Positions 61,953 to 64,000 of a stretch of DNA of 64,000 bases are shown piece after piece. The DNA lies in the NCBI RefSeq assembly GCF_963921235.1, contig NC_086097.1, forward strand, positions 251,226,001 to 251,290,000, given 5' to 3'. The notes under the pieces are model-generated. The model saw only the letters and a program-made list of their open reading frames with translations. It did no database searches and was not told the DNA's origin. This stretch comes from Mobula hypostoma (Eukaryota). Made by a program: the position numbers and the translations under genes. Numbering within the stretch: the first letter of the stretch is position 1; every line of letters starts with the position of its first letter.

Positions 61953-64000
61953 GGGGGAGGCTGCACCTGTCTGTGATTGAAGTAGCAGCAGTTTTTGTGC
62001 TGCTCCCAGTTTTGTTCCAAGTTTAAACTTCAAATTTAAAATTTTTATTTGCTGATTCTTGAGGGGGAACAATATGTCTATGAGGAGTGGGAAGAACTTG
62101 TCTGAACCTAGTGACAAAGGCAGTGGGAAAGGAAAGATGCAAAAGGAACAATCTGATGAAATGCCACCATGGGCTGAAGATATGGTTCGGACACTGAATT
62201 CAATTAAAGTTCAGAACGGTTCAATTAAAGACCAACTGGAAAAGAATAGTAATTAAATGAAGTCATTTCTGGGAAAACTTAAAGACCTGAAACTCAAGTT
62301 ATTAGACACAAAGAGGAATTGAAGATAACTAAGCAAAAATTGTTTGAAACTACAACTCGTTTGGAAAGATATCAAAATAAGATTATTGACCTGGAAACTA
62401 GGTCTCGCCGAAGGAATATATGAATTGTTAGGCTGCAGGAAGGAGCCAAAGATGGAGATTTACCTGCTTACTTTGGTAAGCCTTTTCATACCTTACTTCC
62501 TACCATATTATCACAGCTGCCTACTATAGAAAGAGCACACAGAGCCTTTATTTTGAGACCTCAAGATCCAAATAAACCAAGGTCTGTTCTGGTTTGTTTT
62601 CATCACTTTAAAATTAGAGATCAAGTAATGCGACAGGCAAGAAAACAGAAGAGTTTTTAGATTTAAGGAATCTGAGCTCCATTTTTATGAGGATTATCCG
62701 AAGGAGGTAATGGAACAAAGATCAAAATTTGCTCTGCTAATGAAACAGGCATGTGATAAGAAACTGTTTCCTTCCTTGTGTTACCCAACAAGAATTAAAG
62801 TTTTTTCTCCTAATTCTCCTCCTCGTACATTTTTTGATCCTGAAGTTACACTGGCGTTCGTTCTAACTATACCTGCTGCAGCTGTCAAATGAACTGTCTG
62901 GAAGACTGTTTGGCTATCTGTATATTATTGGCATTTCGGAAAGAAGATTTATGAAGATTACTTGGACATTTCACTGAGAGACCATTAAAAGAAGATAAGG
63001 GGATTTGTTCATTATTGCCTATCATTGGTTTTTTTTGGAAAGAAGATCTATGGTTCAAGTATGACTGTTTAAATGGTTATTCGGACATTCGACTGAGAAA
63101 AGAAGATGCTTTATACTTTATACTTTATTGTTGCTAAACAATTGATACTAGAACATACAATCATCACAGCGATATTTGATTCTGCGCTTCCCGCTCCCTG
63201 GATTACAAATATTAAATATTAAAAATAGTAAAAATTAGTAAATATTAAAAATTTAGATTCTAAATCATAAATAGAAAATAGAAAAATGGAAAGTAAGGTA
63301 GTGCAAAAAAACCGAGAGGCAGGTCCAGATATTTGGAGGGTACGGCCCAGATAAAGAGACTTGTTCCTTTAACCTAATATTTGGTTTGATGTTTTTTTTG
63401 TTTCTTTCTTTATTAATTAATTGGTAGTTTTTCCTACTAATGGAGCTTTTTTTTAATATATATTTAGGGAAGGGTTCAATCACTTATATAACATTACTAG
63501 TTGGTATTTTTGCCTTTTTGTTTTTTTTTGAAAACTGTGTTGATCTGTTATCAAATGCTATGCTTAGGTTTTTCTAGATAATATATTTTAGATAATAATT
63601 GTTTTTTTTAAATTTCTTTTCAATATATTAGTACTTTTTTTTCATATAATAGAATATTATAGCATCTTATAACCAAATTTAAAGCTTTTTTTAGCGATTT
63701 AATGTTAAATTTAAGATGGCGCTGATTTTTCATTTTAAGAGATAACATTTTTTTGGTTCTTTTTTGTTTAAAAAAGATGAAATATACACATGGGATAGTT
63801 TGTAGATGCTGGAATGTAAACACTTTCCTTTGCTGAGACTTTGTTGCTCCTCTTACAAGGTCAGTGGGTTTTGTTTTTTTTAAACTGGAGGAGGGAGAGA
63901 GAATCTTTTAAAATCTTTTTTGTACAGACAGAGCAGTCCCTGGCTTTGTATTCTATCATAGGGTGCCTGCTTTTTTTTTCGGGCTATGGGGGGAGGGGGT
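61953..64000 (+). mobile_element. Second L1-clade LINE (5' UTR, degenerate ORF1 ~62093-62892, T-rich spacer), runs off the window
   Basis: GGGGGAGG start; IIDLETRSRRRN, ERAHRA, EDYPKEV, LCYPTRIKV motifs; small minus-strand retroposon tail at ~63114-63353. Confidence 0.8.

Overview
Vertebrate genomic DNA, very repeat-rich. The repeat mix (many CR1 subfamilies, Rex1/Babar, V-SINE-like, Penelope-type inverted units) suggests a cartilaginous fish, probably a ray; this is inference. The only host gene found is the 5' part of VIRMA (KIAA1429/virilizer, scaffold of the m6A writer complex) on the minus strand. It has a CpG-island promoter near 53.7-53.8 kb and coding exons 1-7 (53713 down to 6858), all with GT-AG boundaries and compatible phases; the gene continues off the left edge. 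Introns and upstream DNA hold nested, mostly dead transposons: a full-length L1 with TSD, a near-intact full-length CR1, a near full-length Rex1/Babar, a hAT element with TIRs and 8-bp TSD, a truncated Gypsy element with LTR and tRNA-Leu PBS, solo LTRs, Tc1 and R4/Dong remnants, SINEs and a MITE. The most interesting signal is a family of ~220-230 bp fold-back insertions with 13-14 bp TSDs carrying a minimal hammerhead-ribozyme motif of the Penelope-like type; one copy has an intact core and lies in the VIRMA sense orientation. A second notable family is a ~260-bp bipartite RTE-derived non-autonomous retroposon. All family assignments are by motif recognition, not database search.
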